Notes: generated from the letters alone by a model not told the origin. Counted from the stretch's first letter, positions 12,087 through 21,097 are shown. The stretch: DNA of 64,000 nucleotides from an uncultured Bacteroidales bacterium (GCA_963737255.1 CAVTSB010000002.1:768341-832340); one strand, 5' to 3'. Program-made: numbers and translations.

Positions 12087-12240
12087 GGGGCTGTTGAATA
12101 AGTCAAAATCCTATAACCACAGAGGGCGCAATGGAAAGACGCAAAGTTCGCAAAGAGCTGAATTTATGTGTCTTAGCTTTGCGTTCTTTGTGACATCTTA
12201 GCGTTCTTTGCGGTTAAAAAGGATTTTTTCAACAATCCCA
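12087..12240 (+). mobile_element. MITE-like intergenic repeat, copy A (154 bp), between nqrF and apbE; near-identical to 54322..54454
   Basis: Aligned by eye to copy B over about 133 bp with a few mismatches. Imperfect terminal inverted repeats (GGGGCTGTTGAA ... TTCAACAATCCC). Internal hairpin (GCAAAGTTCGCAAAG / CTTAGCTTTGCGTTCTTTGC). Copy A carries an extra internal duplication of about 21 bp. Confidence 0.7.
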
Positions 12241-12276
12241 TTTAGGCGCTATCTTTGTTGGAAAATTCTTGACAAA

Positions 12277-13296
12277 ATGGGGAACAGATTTCTGATAGTT
12301 GCTTTTCTTGTTCTGGTATCTTTTTCAGGCTGCAATGATATCCCTGAATTTGATAATTTTTCAGGCTTTGCCCAGGGCACAACCTATAGCATGGTATTTG
12401 AGAAGACCGGAAAATACGATGCCGGGTACCTGAAGCCTGAAGTTGAAAAGATACTTCATTCCTTCGACCTCTCATTATCGCTATACCAGGACTCTTCAGT
12501 GCTTACGAAAGTGAACCGGAACGAGGAGGTTGTCGCGGATGATTATTTCATAGAAGCGTTCACCAAATCGGTTAAGATCTCGGAAATGACTGACGGAGCT
12601 TTCGATATAACAGTTGGCCCCCTTGTTAAAGCCTGGGGATTTGGTCCGGATGAAGCAAGAAACTTCACCGAACAGAAGCGCGACAGCCTTCTGAGCCTTA
12701 TCGGCATGGATAAGGTCAGGATAACCGGCGGCAGGGTTATAAAGGATGATCCGGGGATAAGCCTTGATTTCAATGCAATAGCCCAGGGTTACTCGGTAGA
12801 TGTAATATACGAATATTTCAAAAGTCTTGGGATAAAAAGCTATCTAATCGAGATAGGCGGTGAAGTGCGGGTTAAAGGCGATAAAGGAGGTACTTTATGG
12901 CGGATAGGTATTGACAGGCCGGTTGATAATAACATGATCCCCGGGAATGAACTCCAGGCAATAATCAGTTTAAAGGACCGGTCGCTGGCCACATCAGGCA
13001 ATTACAGGAAATTTTATGTTGAAAACGGAATTAAATATTCCCATACAATTGATCCGCGGACAGGATATCCGGCCAGAAACCAGCTTTTAAGCGCAACAAT
13101 AATAGCAGACGATTGTGCAACGGCCGACGGGATAGCAACAGCCTGTATGGTATTTGGGAAAGATAAAACCCTGGAATTCCTGGAATTTCATCCGGAATAT
13201 GAGGCCTACCTGATTTATTCCGATGAGAAGGGCAATTTCATTACCTGGGCTTCTGAAAATCTGAAGAGATTTATATCAGATCCTGAAGGAAACTGA
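12277..13296 (+). CDS. apbE: FAD:protein FMN transferase ApbE, lipoprotein
   Basis: The ORF is open from 12208, but the ATG at 12277 gives MGNRFLIVAFLVLVSFSGC (lipobox). ApbE motifs: FDITVGPLV, DFNAIAQGYSVD, SLATSGNYRKF, SHTIDPRTG. Directly downstream of nqrF. Confidence 0.88.
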   Translation: MGNRFLIVAFLVLVSFSGCNDIPEFDNFSGFAQGTTYSMVFEKTGKYDAGYLKPEVEKILHSFDLSLSLYQDSSVLTKVNRNEEVVADDYFIEAFTKSVKISEMTDGAFDITVGPLVKAWGFGPDEARNFTEQKRDSLLSLIGMDKVRITGGRVIKDDPGISLDFNAIAQGYSVDVIYEYFKSLGIKSYLIEIGGEVRVKGDKGGTLWRIGIDRPVDNNMIPGNELQAIISLKDRSLATSGNYRKFYVENGIKYSHTIDPRTGYPARNQLLSATIIADDCATADGIATACMVFGKDKTLEFLEFHPEYEAYLIYSDEKGNFITWASENLKRFISDPEGN

Positions 13297-13307
13297 ACTC
13301 TGATTCC

Positions 13308-13535
13308 CTAAAGCCTTCTTGCCCCGCACGTCACGCATCCTTCAAAATCCTTTGACGGGACGCAACCTAAATCAGTTCGCTGGGCACAGCTTATACCTCT
13401 CTTCTTCATCTCCCTGTTCCTCCCGACGTGAGTTTCAGGAAACTGCCCGTTATCCTTCAGCAGAATCCTTATCCCGAAAAGTATGAAGGAGAGAAGAAGA
13501 AGTATGGCGCTTATTATAAGTAGTTTAAGAAACAT
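13308..13535 (-). CDS. Small single-TM membrane protein with four C-terminal cysteines (75 aa), function unknown
   Basis: MFLKLLIISAILLLLSFILFGIRILL (TM helix), then a soluble tail ..GISCAQRTDLGCVPSKDFEGCVTCGARRL. Its 3' end lies 11 nt from the apbE stop (convergent). Confidence 0.6.
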   Translation of the reverse strand: MFLKLLIISAILLLLSFILFGIRILLKDNGQFPETHVGRNREMKKRGISCAQRTDLGCVPSKDFEGCVTCGARRL

Positions 13536-13695
13536 CTGATCCGAATTTGCCTGTTTTATACACTATGACATTTCCACCCCCGTTGTTCAGATGGATTTCC
13601 TGCCGCAAAGATAGCTATCAATTCTCATTATAGAGTAAACAACCATCTGTTTAGTTTGTTTAACTTGTACAGGCATAAAAAAATCACCTAAAAAT

Positions 13696-16167
13696 ATGAA
13701 CCAAAAACAGACATCCGGACAAGAGACAATGAATGGTAAACACATTATGAATGCAGAGCATATTATAAACAAGGATACTATTCTTTCCGATTTCAGGCTG
13801 GCAAACCTGAGCCGCATCCTTAGCGTTACGGGCCGGCGGGAAGTGCTTACCGGCAAAGCCAAATTCGGAATTTTCGGAGACGGGAAAGAGATTATCCAGA
13901 TAGCACTCGCCAAACAATTCAGGAACGGTGACTGGAGATCGGGGTATTACAGGGATCAGACCTGGATGATGGCCATGGGCCTTTACAATTCAGTCGAATT
14001 TTTTCATCAGCTGTATGGCAATACTGACAAGTCGCTCAATCGGGTGGGAAGCGGGGGAAGGGTTTTCAATAACCATTTTTCAATTCCCAATGTAAACCCT
14101 GACGGGACATGGCGTGATCTGACAAAGCAGAAAAACTCATCAGCCGATGTTTCTCCCACGGCTAGCCAGATGCCAAGGCTTCTCGGACTGGCATATGCTT
14201 CAAAAATGTTCAGGCTGAACAAGGATCTTCACAAATTTACAAATCTCTCGGTCAAAGGAAATGAAGTTGCTTTCGGGTCGATAGGCGATGCAAGCACATC
14301 AGAAGGCCATTTCTGGGAGACGATCAATGCTGCAGGTGTACTACAGGTTCCCATGGCTCTCTCAGTATATGATGATGGTTACGGTATTTCAGTCCCGAAA
14401 AAATACCAGACGACTAAAGGAAGCATATCCGAAGTAATGAAAGGTTTTCAGGATGAGCCGGGGAAACCCGGGATCTTGATCTTTAAGGGCAAGGGATGGG
14501 ACTATCCTGGTTTGCTCCGTCTTTATGAAGAGGGGATAGAGATTTGCCGACGCGACCATAAGCCGGTTATCTTCCATATTGAAGAGGTAACACAACCGCA
14601 GGGACATTCAACATCCGGATCGCACGAAAGGTATAAGAACGAGGAGCGCCTGAAGTGGGAAGAAGAGTTTGACCCGATAAAGAAAATGCGTGAATGGATC
14701 ATTTCGGAGGGAATTGCAACGGGCGGCGAACTTGACGCTCTGGCCGAAAATGCTGCGGAAGAAGTAAAGGAAGCGAGAAAGAAGGCATGGGATATGTTTC
14801 AGGATCCCATAAAGGTTGAAAGGGATGCGCTTGTTAAGATAATTAATGATCGTTCATGCAGGTGCACAGAGGAAAAGAAAGAAGCCGGCGTTGACGATGT
14901 CGCTGAAGATCTTAAAAAGGTACTTACTCCGATAAGGAAGGATAATTTTATGGCTGCACGTAAAATACTGAGAAACGTGTGCACAACCTGTATGAAAGCT
15001 GATAACCTGAAGGTAGAATTGGAGGGCTGGCTAAGACGTAACTATAAAGATGCAGAGAACAGCTATAATACCTTCCTGTATAACGAAACACCAACCTCAG
15101 TATTGAATGTCAAGCCGATTCCGCCGGTATATTCTGCTAATTCTCCTGAAGTGCCGGGACGTCAGATACTCAGGGACAACTATGAAAAGCTGTTCTCCAA
15201 ATACCCGCTGCTGCTGACATTCGGCGAGGACAGTGGCAAAATAGGAGGAGTGAACCAGACGCTTGAAGGATTGCAAAAGAAATTCGGGGAGCTGAGGATC
15301 ACTGACACCGGTATCAGGGAAGCAACCATACTTGGACAGGGAATTGGTCTGGCCCTGAGGGGAATGAGGCCTATTGCCGAGATTCAGTACCTTGATTATC
15401 TGATGTATGCCCTGCAGCTCCTTAGTGATGACCTGGCAACGACTTACTACAGGACAGCAGGCGGAATGATGGCTCCCCTGATAATCAGCACAAGAGGGCA
15501 CAGGCTTGAAGGGATCTGGCATTCCGGATCTCCCATGAGCACACTGATGAATTCCGTCAGAGGCGTGTACGTGCTCACTCCAAGAGATATGACGCGTGCG
15601 GCAGGATTTTACAACACCCTTCTTGAAGGGAATGATCCCGCCATTGTAATCGAACCATTGAATGGTTACCGGCTGAAAGAAAAAATGCCGGACAACATCG
15701 GCGAATACAGGCTTCAGCTGGGCGTCCCGGAGGTTATAAGTGAAGGAACGGACCTGACTCTCGTAACCTACGGTTCAACGGTAAAAATCGCTGCAGAAGC
15801 AACCAGACAACTCAAACTGCATGGAATTTCTGTGGAACTGATAGATGTTCAGACACTTGTTCCGTTCGACAGGAAAATGATGATAGTGGAGTCCATAAAG
15901 AAAACTAACAGGGTTTTGTTTGTTGATGAAGATGTACCGGGAGGTACCACTGCATTCATGATGCAGGAGTTGCTGGAACGGCAGGGAGGCTGGAATTATC
16001 TTGACAGCCCTCCGAAAACACTTACAGGGAAGGAACACCGGCCGGCCTACACGACCGACGGAGATTATTTCTCAAAACCAAGTGCCGAGGATATTTTTGA
16101 CGCGGTAATTGCAATGATGCAGGAAGCAGGACAGGATAAGTCTTTCTTACCAGAAGATATCAGCTAG
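13696..16167 (+). CDS. Fused alpha/beta E1 component of a 2-oxoacid dehydrogenase (TPP-dependent, transketolase-like C-terminus), 823 aa
   Basis: The N-terminal half looks like E1-alpha (GDASTSEGHFWETINAAG). The C-terminal half looks like E1-beta (RITDTGIREATILGQGIGLALRG.RPIAEIQYLDYL, ISTRGHRLEGIWHSGSP, VTYGSTV). Confidence 0.8.
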   Translation: MNQKQTSGQETMNGKHIMNAEHIINKDTILSDFRLANLSRILSVTGRREVLTGKAKFGIFGDGKEIIQIALAKQFRNGDWRSGYYRDQTWMMAMGLYNSVEFFHQLYGNTDKSLNRVGSGGRVFNNHFSIPNVNPDGTWRDLTKQKNSSADVSPTASQMPRLLGLAYASKMFRLNKDLHKFTNLSVKGNEVAFGSIGDASTSEGHFWETINAAGVLQVPMALSVYDDGYGISVPKKYQTTKGSISEVMKGFQDEPGKPGILIFKGKGWDYPGLLRLYEEGIEICRRDHKPVIFHIEEVTQPQGHSTSGSHERYKNEERLKWEEEFDPIKKMREWIISEGIATGGELDALAENAAEEVKEARKKAWDMFQDPIKVERDALVKIINDRSCRCTEEKKEAGVDDVAEDLKKVLTPIRKDNFMAARKILRNVCTTCMKADNLKVELEGWLRRNYKDAENSYNTFLYNETPTSVLNVKPIPPVYSANSPEVPGRQILRDNYEKLFSKYPLLLTFGEDSGKIGGVNQTLEGLQKKFGELRITDTGIREATILGQGIGLALRGMRPIAEIQYLDYLMYALQLLSDDLATTYYRTAGGMMAPLIISTRGHRLEGIWHSGSPMSTLMNSVRGVYVLTPRDMTRAAGFYNTLLEGNDPAIVIEPLNGYRLKEKMPDNIGEYRLQLGVPEVISEGTDLTLVTYGSTVKIAAEATRQLKLHGISVELIDVQTLVPFDRKMMIVESIKKTNRVLFVDEDVPGGTTAFMMQELLERQGGWNYLDSPPKTLTGKEHRPAYTTDGDYFSKPSAEDIFDAVIAMMQEAGQDKSFLPEDIS

Positions 16168-16205
16168 TCTTCCCTTATTTTGCCTCTGGTTTCTTAAACT
16201 CTTCC

Positions 16206-16259
16206 CTCAATAAAAAATACGTATTATAATACATATTATAATACGTATTTTTTATTGAG
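16206..16259. terminator. Perfect 26-bp-arm AT-rich palindrome (2-nt centre); probable bidirectional intrinsic terminator between convergent genes
   Basis: ctcaataaaaaatacgtattataata-ca-tattataatacgtattttttattgag. The right arm includes the stop codon of the minus-strand gene ending at 16252. Confidence 0.6.
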
Positions 16260-18012
16260 TTTCCCCAATGATCTTAAGAAGTTCCATTGCAGCTTCCCTT
16301 GGGCCGGTGGTCTCATAACCAATAATACCGAGCCTGGTCCGCATCTGACCGACAAAGACTCCTTTCCTGAAGAATGAAGCAAAGCACCTCCTGACAATTT
16401 CCTCATGCAGGTCCCTGTATTCCGGAGGTCCGAAGATATTTGCAAAGTATGAGTGAACAAGGCCGGTCGACGTTGTTGTTCCTTTGCTCATCACCGCTCC
16501 TCCGCGGAAGACGTCAAGAGCCCACTCCGGTGTGTCAAACCGCTCAATTACAGGATGGTCGTTATCGATCTCCTCGTAGTTATTTGCATATAGAATATAA
16601 TCGATCCTCTGTCCCCTGCTAATTGTATTAAAAGTAGTTACGGGGAAAACGATCCTTGCATTCACCTGGCTGGGGTTCATGATGATCGACCTGTCGAGAT
16701 GGCCGTATGCATAACCCGGCTGAAGGTCGTCAAGCCTCAGGAACGCTCCGATCTCAGTCCCATAGCCTACCGGATATCCATCTTCATCAAGCTCGATCGA
16801 TCCCATATCGTCGGCAATTATCTTCAGTTCCCTGATCTGCTTTTCAGCAAGCACCCTGAAAGCTTCAAGCGTTTCTGACTTGCCCGCGCCGGTATCGCCC
16901 ATCATCAGGATTGTTGCTTCTTTATTGCCATGAAGCAGTATCTTTACCATGGCACCATGAAAAGGCATGTTCCCCGCTTTCATAACTATGGAGTTATGAA
17001 GTGTCAGCATCATTTTCTTCAGATAGCCAAAATATCCGAATTCAGCCCTGCCCGGTATTGCACCCACAAACAGGGAGTTCACTTCGTCATTAAAAAATAC
17101 TGTCGGGTATGTCGAAAGGTTATCAAGTACATTACCCGGAACCCCATAAATAAAAACGGCATCGGGAGTCTTCTCAATCTCAGTATCTTCCGCCAGCTGA
17201 AAAAGGTTACAAAGCGATAATCCAAGATCATAAAAATCAAGGTGAAAGTAGACCATTATAATGAACTTCCCCACTTTGGCGGGAAAGCACAGCCAGTCTT
17301 CAGAGTTAAGATCCACCATATCGATCGGATTTACGCAGATCCTCTTAAAATGACCGGTTCTTTTGTTCATGGGTTGCTGGATCACAAGTGGAGGATAGAT
17401 AAGGATCTGGCGTATCACGGGCACAGAATTCAGTTTCCTGTATCTTTCATCGGTCCAGGCTATCTCTTTGGGTAATGATATAACAGCCATTTCAGCTCCC
17501 GCAGGCACCTGCCTGTAAACGGCAGGATGGCTTCCCGTTATATTTTCCTGGACATGCCTGTAAACAGTCCGGATGAGGTGAGTGAGATGCTCAATTGTTT
17601 CATTAAACGTCCGGTAAGGTCGTTTATCCAGACGATCACCTTCGGAATCGTTAATTATGAACCTGTCAAAGTGACGCCAGTAATCGTAAAGATGTTCAAC
17701 AAATTCATTGAGGAGAAGGGGATCCCTGAGGAATATTTCTGACTTTTCAAAAATATGGGGAACAACATTGCTCTCATATTTTATAAGCAGTGAGAGTGTT
17801 TTCAGGAGGTCATCCACCGATTTCTCATCCGTGGAACCATTTTCAAATATTCCGAGGAGGGGTGAATCCCTGATTTCCAAATGATCAATACAATGATCAA
17901 GTACTGCCCTGAATTTATCACTGGCAAGCAGTTCTTCGGCAGTCTCGCACATCCGCTCACGGATATTCAGAACTGCTTTATTTCCAACAATTCGTAAAGT
18001 ACTTTTCTGCAT
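16252..18012 (-). CDS. Uncharacterised 586-aa protein with a PEP-carboxykinase/HPr-kinase-like P-loop core
   Basis: ..PFHGAMVKILLHGNKEATILMMGDTGAGKSETLEAF..IADDMGSIELDEDG..GYGTEIGAFLRLDDL. The arrangement resembles PEPCK (H-x-S...GLSGTGKT...IGDDEHGW...EGGCYAK) and HprK (GxSGxGKSE). The N-terminal 330 aa have no motif I recognise. Confidence 0.45.
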   Translation of the reverse strand: MQKSTLRIVGNKAVLNIRERMCETAEELLASDKFRAVLDHCIDHLEIRDSPLLGIFENGSTDEKSVDDLLKTLSLLIKYESNVVPHIFEKSEIFLRDPLLLNEFVEHLYDYWRHFDRFIINDSEGDRLDKRPYRTFNETIEHLTHLIRTVYRHVQENITGSHPAVYRQVPAGAEMAVISLPKEIAWTDERYRKLNSVPVIRQILIYPPLVIQQPMNKRTGHFKRICVNPIDMVDLNSEDWLCFPAKVGKFIIMVYFHLDFYDLGLSLCNLFQLAEDTEIEKTPDAVFIYGVPGNVLDNLSTYPTVFFNDEVNSLFVGAIPGRAEFGYFGYLKKMMLTLHNSIVMKAGNMPFHGAMVKILLHGNKEATILMMGDTGAGKSETLEAFRVLAEKQIRELKIIADDMGSIELDEDGYPVGYGTEIGAFLRLDDLQPGYAYGHLDRSIIMNPSQVNARIVFPVTTFNTISRGQRIDYILYANNYEEIDNDHPVIERFDTPEWALDVFRGGAVMSKGTTTSTGLVHSYFANIFGPPEYRDLHEEIVRRCFASFFRKGVFVGQMRTRLGIIGYETTGPREAAMELLKIIGETQ

Positions 18013-18156
18013 CTGTTGATATAAATAGCGTAGGTAAAAGTATTACATTATTTTATTGAAGTAATTGAATGGAATATTTTTTTTTACATTTCATTTGGCA
18101 CGATTTTTATAACTGATTAATAAAAATGCGTAAATTGTGTCTGTAATTTTACCTTC

Positions 18157-18747
18157 ATGAAACCGGAAATTGATCTCTTTGCTATTCTTCCCGAAGACAA
18201 AATCCCGGAAAAGGGCAAGATCCTGATATCGGAGCCATTTCTGCCCGACACTTTTTTCAACCGGAGTGTTGTCTATCTGACCGATCATGATGCAAAGGGA
18301 TCAGTCGGATTTATATTAAACAAAAAACTCGATATAAAGATCAGTGATGCTGTAACAGGGTTTGACGGCTGGAATGAAAATCTTAATATGGGCGGACCGG
18401 TCTCTCCCGATACCTTGCATTATCTTCATAATCTTGGGACAAAGGTTCCAAAGAGCGTCAGGGTAGAGGGAGACATTTACTGGGGTGGCGATATTGAGGT
18501 CATCAGGAAGTTGATCAGAATGGGTTCTGTCGAACCTGCCCAGATCAGGTTTTTTCTGGGCTATTCGGGGTGGTCGGCCGGACAGCTTGAACGTGAGATC
18601 AAGGAGAACTCGTGGGTTATAGCAAAAGTAAGATCTGAAATCATAATGAACAGCAGAGGCGTTGACAGCTGGAAACGACTGCTCCGGTCATTCAAGAATA
18701 AATACAGGATGTGGGCTGATTTTCCTGAATCACCTGAGATGAATTAG
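18157..18747 (+). CDS. yqgE: YqgE/AlgH family protein (UPF0301)
   Basis: KILISEPFLPDTFFNRSVVYLTDHDAKGSVGFILNK, GGPV, FFLGYSGWSAGQLEREI. Confidence 0.8.
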   Translation: MKPEIDLFAILPEDKIPEKGKILISEPFLPDTFFNRSVVYLTDHDAKGSVGFILNKKLDIKISDAVTGFDGWNENLNMGGPVSPDTLHYLHNLGTKVPKSVRVEGDIYWGGDIEVIRKLIRMGSVEPAQIRFFLGYSGWSAGQLEREIKENSWVIAKVRSEIIMNSRGVDSWKRLLRSFKNKYRMWADFPESPEMN

Positions 18748-18749
18748 AA

Positions 18750-19760
18750 TCAGACATGCAGAATCTTGTACACCAATTCCTTCAATAAATCTCCCGGTTC
18801 GGTGCTGACATCCCCAAAACCCTTCGACTTCATGTCATAAGTGCGTAACAGGCTTATAATCTGTACAGTCTTTGAGACATTGTATTTCGTTGCCGAGGTT
18901 TCATAATCCTTTACAAAGAACGGATGGATCTTAAGAACTGAAGCAACATTGTTCTTTGACTTATCAGGAAGGCAATGAAAGGTAAGGATTTTTGTGAAGA
19001 GACTGAAAATCGACGCAATTGTCAGGGTTATGGGATTATCTTTAGGATTATTTGCAAAATACTGAACTATCATGTTTGCCTTGATAACATTCTTTTCACC
19101 GATTGCTTTTTGAAGTTCAAAATTATTATAGTCCTTGCTGATTCCTATATTCTTCTCAATCAGTGACGTAGTGATAACGGGTTTACCTGCCGGAAGCGTG
19201 ATCAGGAGTTTGTCGAGCTCATTGACGATCTTATGCAGATCGGTGCCAAGGAATTCGGTAAGCATGGCTGAAGCATCAGGATTGATCTTAATCCCTTTTG
19301 CCATCAGGTATCTTTCTATCCATGGCGGGACCTGGTAATCGCGGAGCCTCATCGACTCGAAGTATACGCCCTGTGTATCGAGCAGCCGGCATAGTTTGGT
19401 CCGTTTATCGAGTGTCTTGTATTTATAGTTTAAAACCAGTATTGTTGACGGTAACGGATTCTCAGCATAAAACTGAAGATCCTCTATCTTCCTTAATGAT
19501 TGAGCTTCCTTGACTATTACGACCTGATGGCTTGCCATCATCGGAAAACGGCGGGCGGTATCGATAATTGAATGGACGGTTGTATCCTCTCCGTAAATAA
19601 TGACCTGATTGAATGCCTTTTCGTCATCAGTGAGCACTTTATCGGCTATGTAGTCGGTGATCAGATCAATATAATAAGGCTCATCGCCTGCCAGGAAATA
19701 GACAGGCTTAAAGATCCGTTTCTTCAGGTCGGAGATTGTCTGGTCGTACGTAGCCGGCAT
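18750..19760 (-). CDS. holA: DNA polymerase III subunit delta
   Basis: 336 aa. PVYFLAGDEPYYIDLITDYI, VVIVKEAQ. Size and the Bacteroidetes neighbourhood (next to an HsdR_N-domain gene and amn) fit HolA. Confidence 0.75.
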   Translation of the reverse strand: MPATYDQTISDLKKRIFKPVYFLAGDEPYYIDLITDYIADKVLTDDEKAFNQVIIYGEDTTVHSIIDTARRFPMMASHQVVIVKEAQSLRKIEDLQFYAENPLPSTILVLNYKYKTLDKRTKLCRLLDTQGVYFESMRLRDYQVPPWIERYLMAKGIKINPDASAMLTEFLGTDLHKIVNELDKLLITLPAGKPVITTSLIEKNIGISKDYNNFELQKAIGEKNVIKANMIVQYFANNPKDNPITLTIASIFSLFTKILTFHCLPDKSKNNVASVLKIHPFFVKDYETSATKYNVSKTVQIISLLRTYDMKSKGFGDVSTEPGDLLKELVYKILHV

Positions 19761-19762
19761 GG

Positions 19763-20533
19763 TCAGAATCTAAGATGTTTAACTGATATCCCGTTGTTTT
19801 TAATTTCTCTCAGGGCATCGATCCCGATCTTAAGATGCATTTCAACGTATTGATCCGTTACGAGCCTGTCGCTCTCTTCCGTTTTGATACCTGTTGAGAT
19901 CATGGGCTGGTCAGAAACCAGCAAAAGCGCCCCTGTAGGTATTTCATTTGCGAAACCAACAGTGAAGATTGTAGCCGTCTCCATATCGATTGCCATTGCC
20001 CTGGTCTTCACAAGGTACTTCTTAAACCTGTCGTCATATTCCCAGACCCTCCTGTTGGTTGTATATACAGTTCCTGTCCAGTACTCCTTATTGAGCCTGG
20101 TGATCGAGGCTGAAATAGCGCTCTGCAGCTTGAATGCAGGCAGCGCCGGCACCTCAAGAGGAAGATAATCATTTGAAGTTCCGTCGCTTCTGATCGCAGC
20201 AATCGGAAGAATAAGATCTCCAAGCGTATTCTTTTTTTTCAGGCCGCCGCATTTTCCAAGGAACAGTACGGCTGAGGGGTTGACGGCGCTCAGAAGGTCC
20301 ATGGCAGTGGCAGCATTCGGGCTCCCCATCCCGAAATTGATTATCGTAATCCCGTCGGCTGTCGCGCTGGGCATATTTTTGTTTATGCCTTCTACCTTGA
20401 CCTCGTTAAGCTTGGCAAACAATTCGACGTAGTAGAGGTAATTGGTAAGAAGGAAATACTTTCCGAAAGAATCAAGTGATTTACCTGTATATCTCGGGAG
20501 CCAGTTATTAACAATATCTTCCTTGGTTTTCAT
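19763..20533 (-). CDS. amn: AMP nucleosidase (short catalytic-domain form, PNP/UDP phosphorylase fold)
   Basis: 256 aa. NWLPRYTG, INFGMGSPNAATAMDLL, LGKCGGLKK, AIDMETATIF. Confidence 0.75.
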   Translation of the reverse strand: MKTKEDIVNNWLPRYTGKSLDSFGKYFLLTNYLYYVELFAKLNEVKVEGINKNMPSATADGITIINFGMGSPNAATAMDLLSAVNPSAVLFLGKCGGLKKKNTLGDLILPIAAIRSDGTSNDYLPLEVPALPAFKLQSAISASITRLNKEYWTGTVYTTNRRVWEYDDRFKKYLVKTRAMAIDMETATIFTVGFANEIPTGALLLVSDQPMISTGIKTEESDRLVTDQYVEMHLKIGIDALREIKNNGISVKHLRF

Positions 20534-20561
20534 ATTTTTAAGTCCGAAATAATTATCTCAA

Positions 20562-20569
20562 TATATTTG
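20562..20569 (+). promoter_or_regulatory. -7 promoter box TATATTTG (TAnnTTTG consensus) for the HsdR_N/NUDIX operon
   Basis: Exact consensus match 37 nt upstream of the ATG at 20606. Confidence 0.45.
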
Positions 20570-20605
20570 TGAGGTGAAGAGGAAGGATTTGAACATATAA
20601 AATTC

Positions 20606-21097
20606 ATGTTTCAAAAATACAAAACAAACTTGAAACAGCTAAATCTGCCGCAATATTCGTTCAGTATATCCATCAGGAATGGTTCGGAGATGATATTTGA
20701 CCGGCAGAGAAGAAAATGGGTCAGGCTAACGCCCGAGGAGTGGGTTAGGCAGAATTTCATCAGGTATCTTATCCAGGAAGGCAGGTATCCCTCAGGACTT
20801 ATCGCTGTCGAGATGCCATTTACCTATAATAAATTGAAAAGAAGGGCCGATATCGTTGTCTGCGACAGGAACGGAAAGCCCGTGTTGATCGTTGAATGCA
20901 AGTCACCGGATGTGGAGATTATTGACAATGAGGTGTTTGACCAGGTTAATAATTATAACAGGGAATTTGATGTGCCTTACTATATCGTCACAAACGGATT
21001 GGTACACCTTGCTTTTAAGGTCAGTCCCGAAAGCAAAAGACCCGAATACCTGGATGTAATCCCTCTTTATGAAGATATTATAAGCAGAAATTTATGA
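20606..21097 (+). CDS. Type I restriction enzyme HsdR N-terminal-domain protein (small stand-alone PD-(D/E)xK-like protein)
   Basis: 163 aa. VRLTPEEWVRQNFIRYL, RADIVV..NGKPVLIVECK. No methylase, specificity or helicase partner nearby. Confidence 0.65.
   Translation: MFQKYKTNLKQLNLPQYSFSISIRNGSEMIFDRQRRKWVRLTPEEWVRQNFIRYLIQEGRYPSGLIAVEMPFTYNKLKRRADIVVCDRNGKPVLIVECKSPDVEIIDNEVFDQVNNYNREFDVPYYIVTNGLVHLAFKVSPESKRPEYLDVIPLYEDIISRNL

Noticed and set aside
12208-12276. Upstream extension of the apbE ORF (non-ATG start at 12208)
   Set aside because: The extension lies inside the MITE-like repeat and encodes no signal peptide. The ATG at 12277 gives a clean lipoprotein signal.
16206-16259. The palindrome as a replication origin, transposon end or att site
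   Set aside because: It is a single copy in the window, lies exactly between two convergent stop codons, and has no flanking DnaA-box-like repeats or integrase. A terminator is the simplest reading.
20606-21097. Restriction-modification or defence locus, suggested by the HsdR N-terminal domain
   Set aside because: It is only a 163-aa stand-alone domain with no helicase, methyltransferase or specificity subunit, and it sits in a housekeeping neighbourhood (holA, amn).
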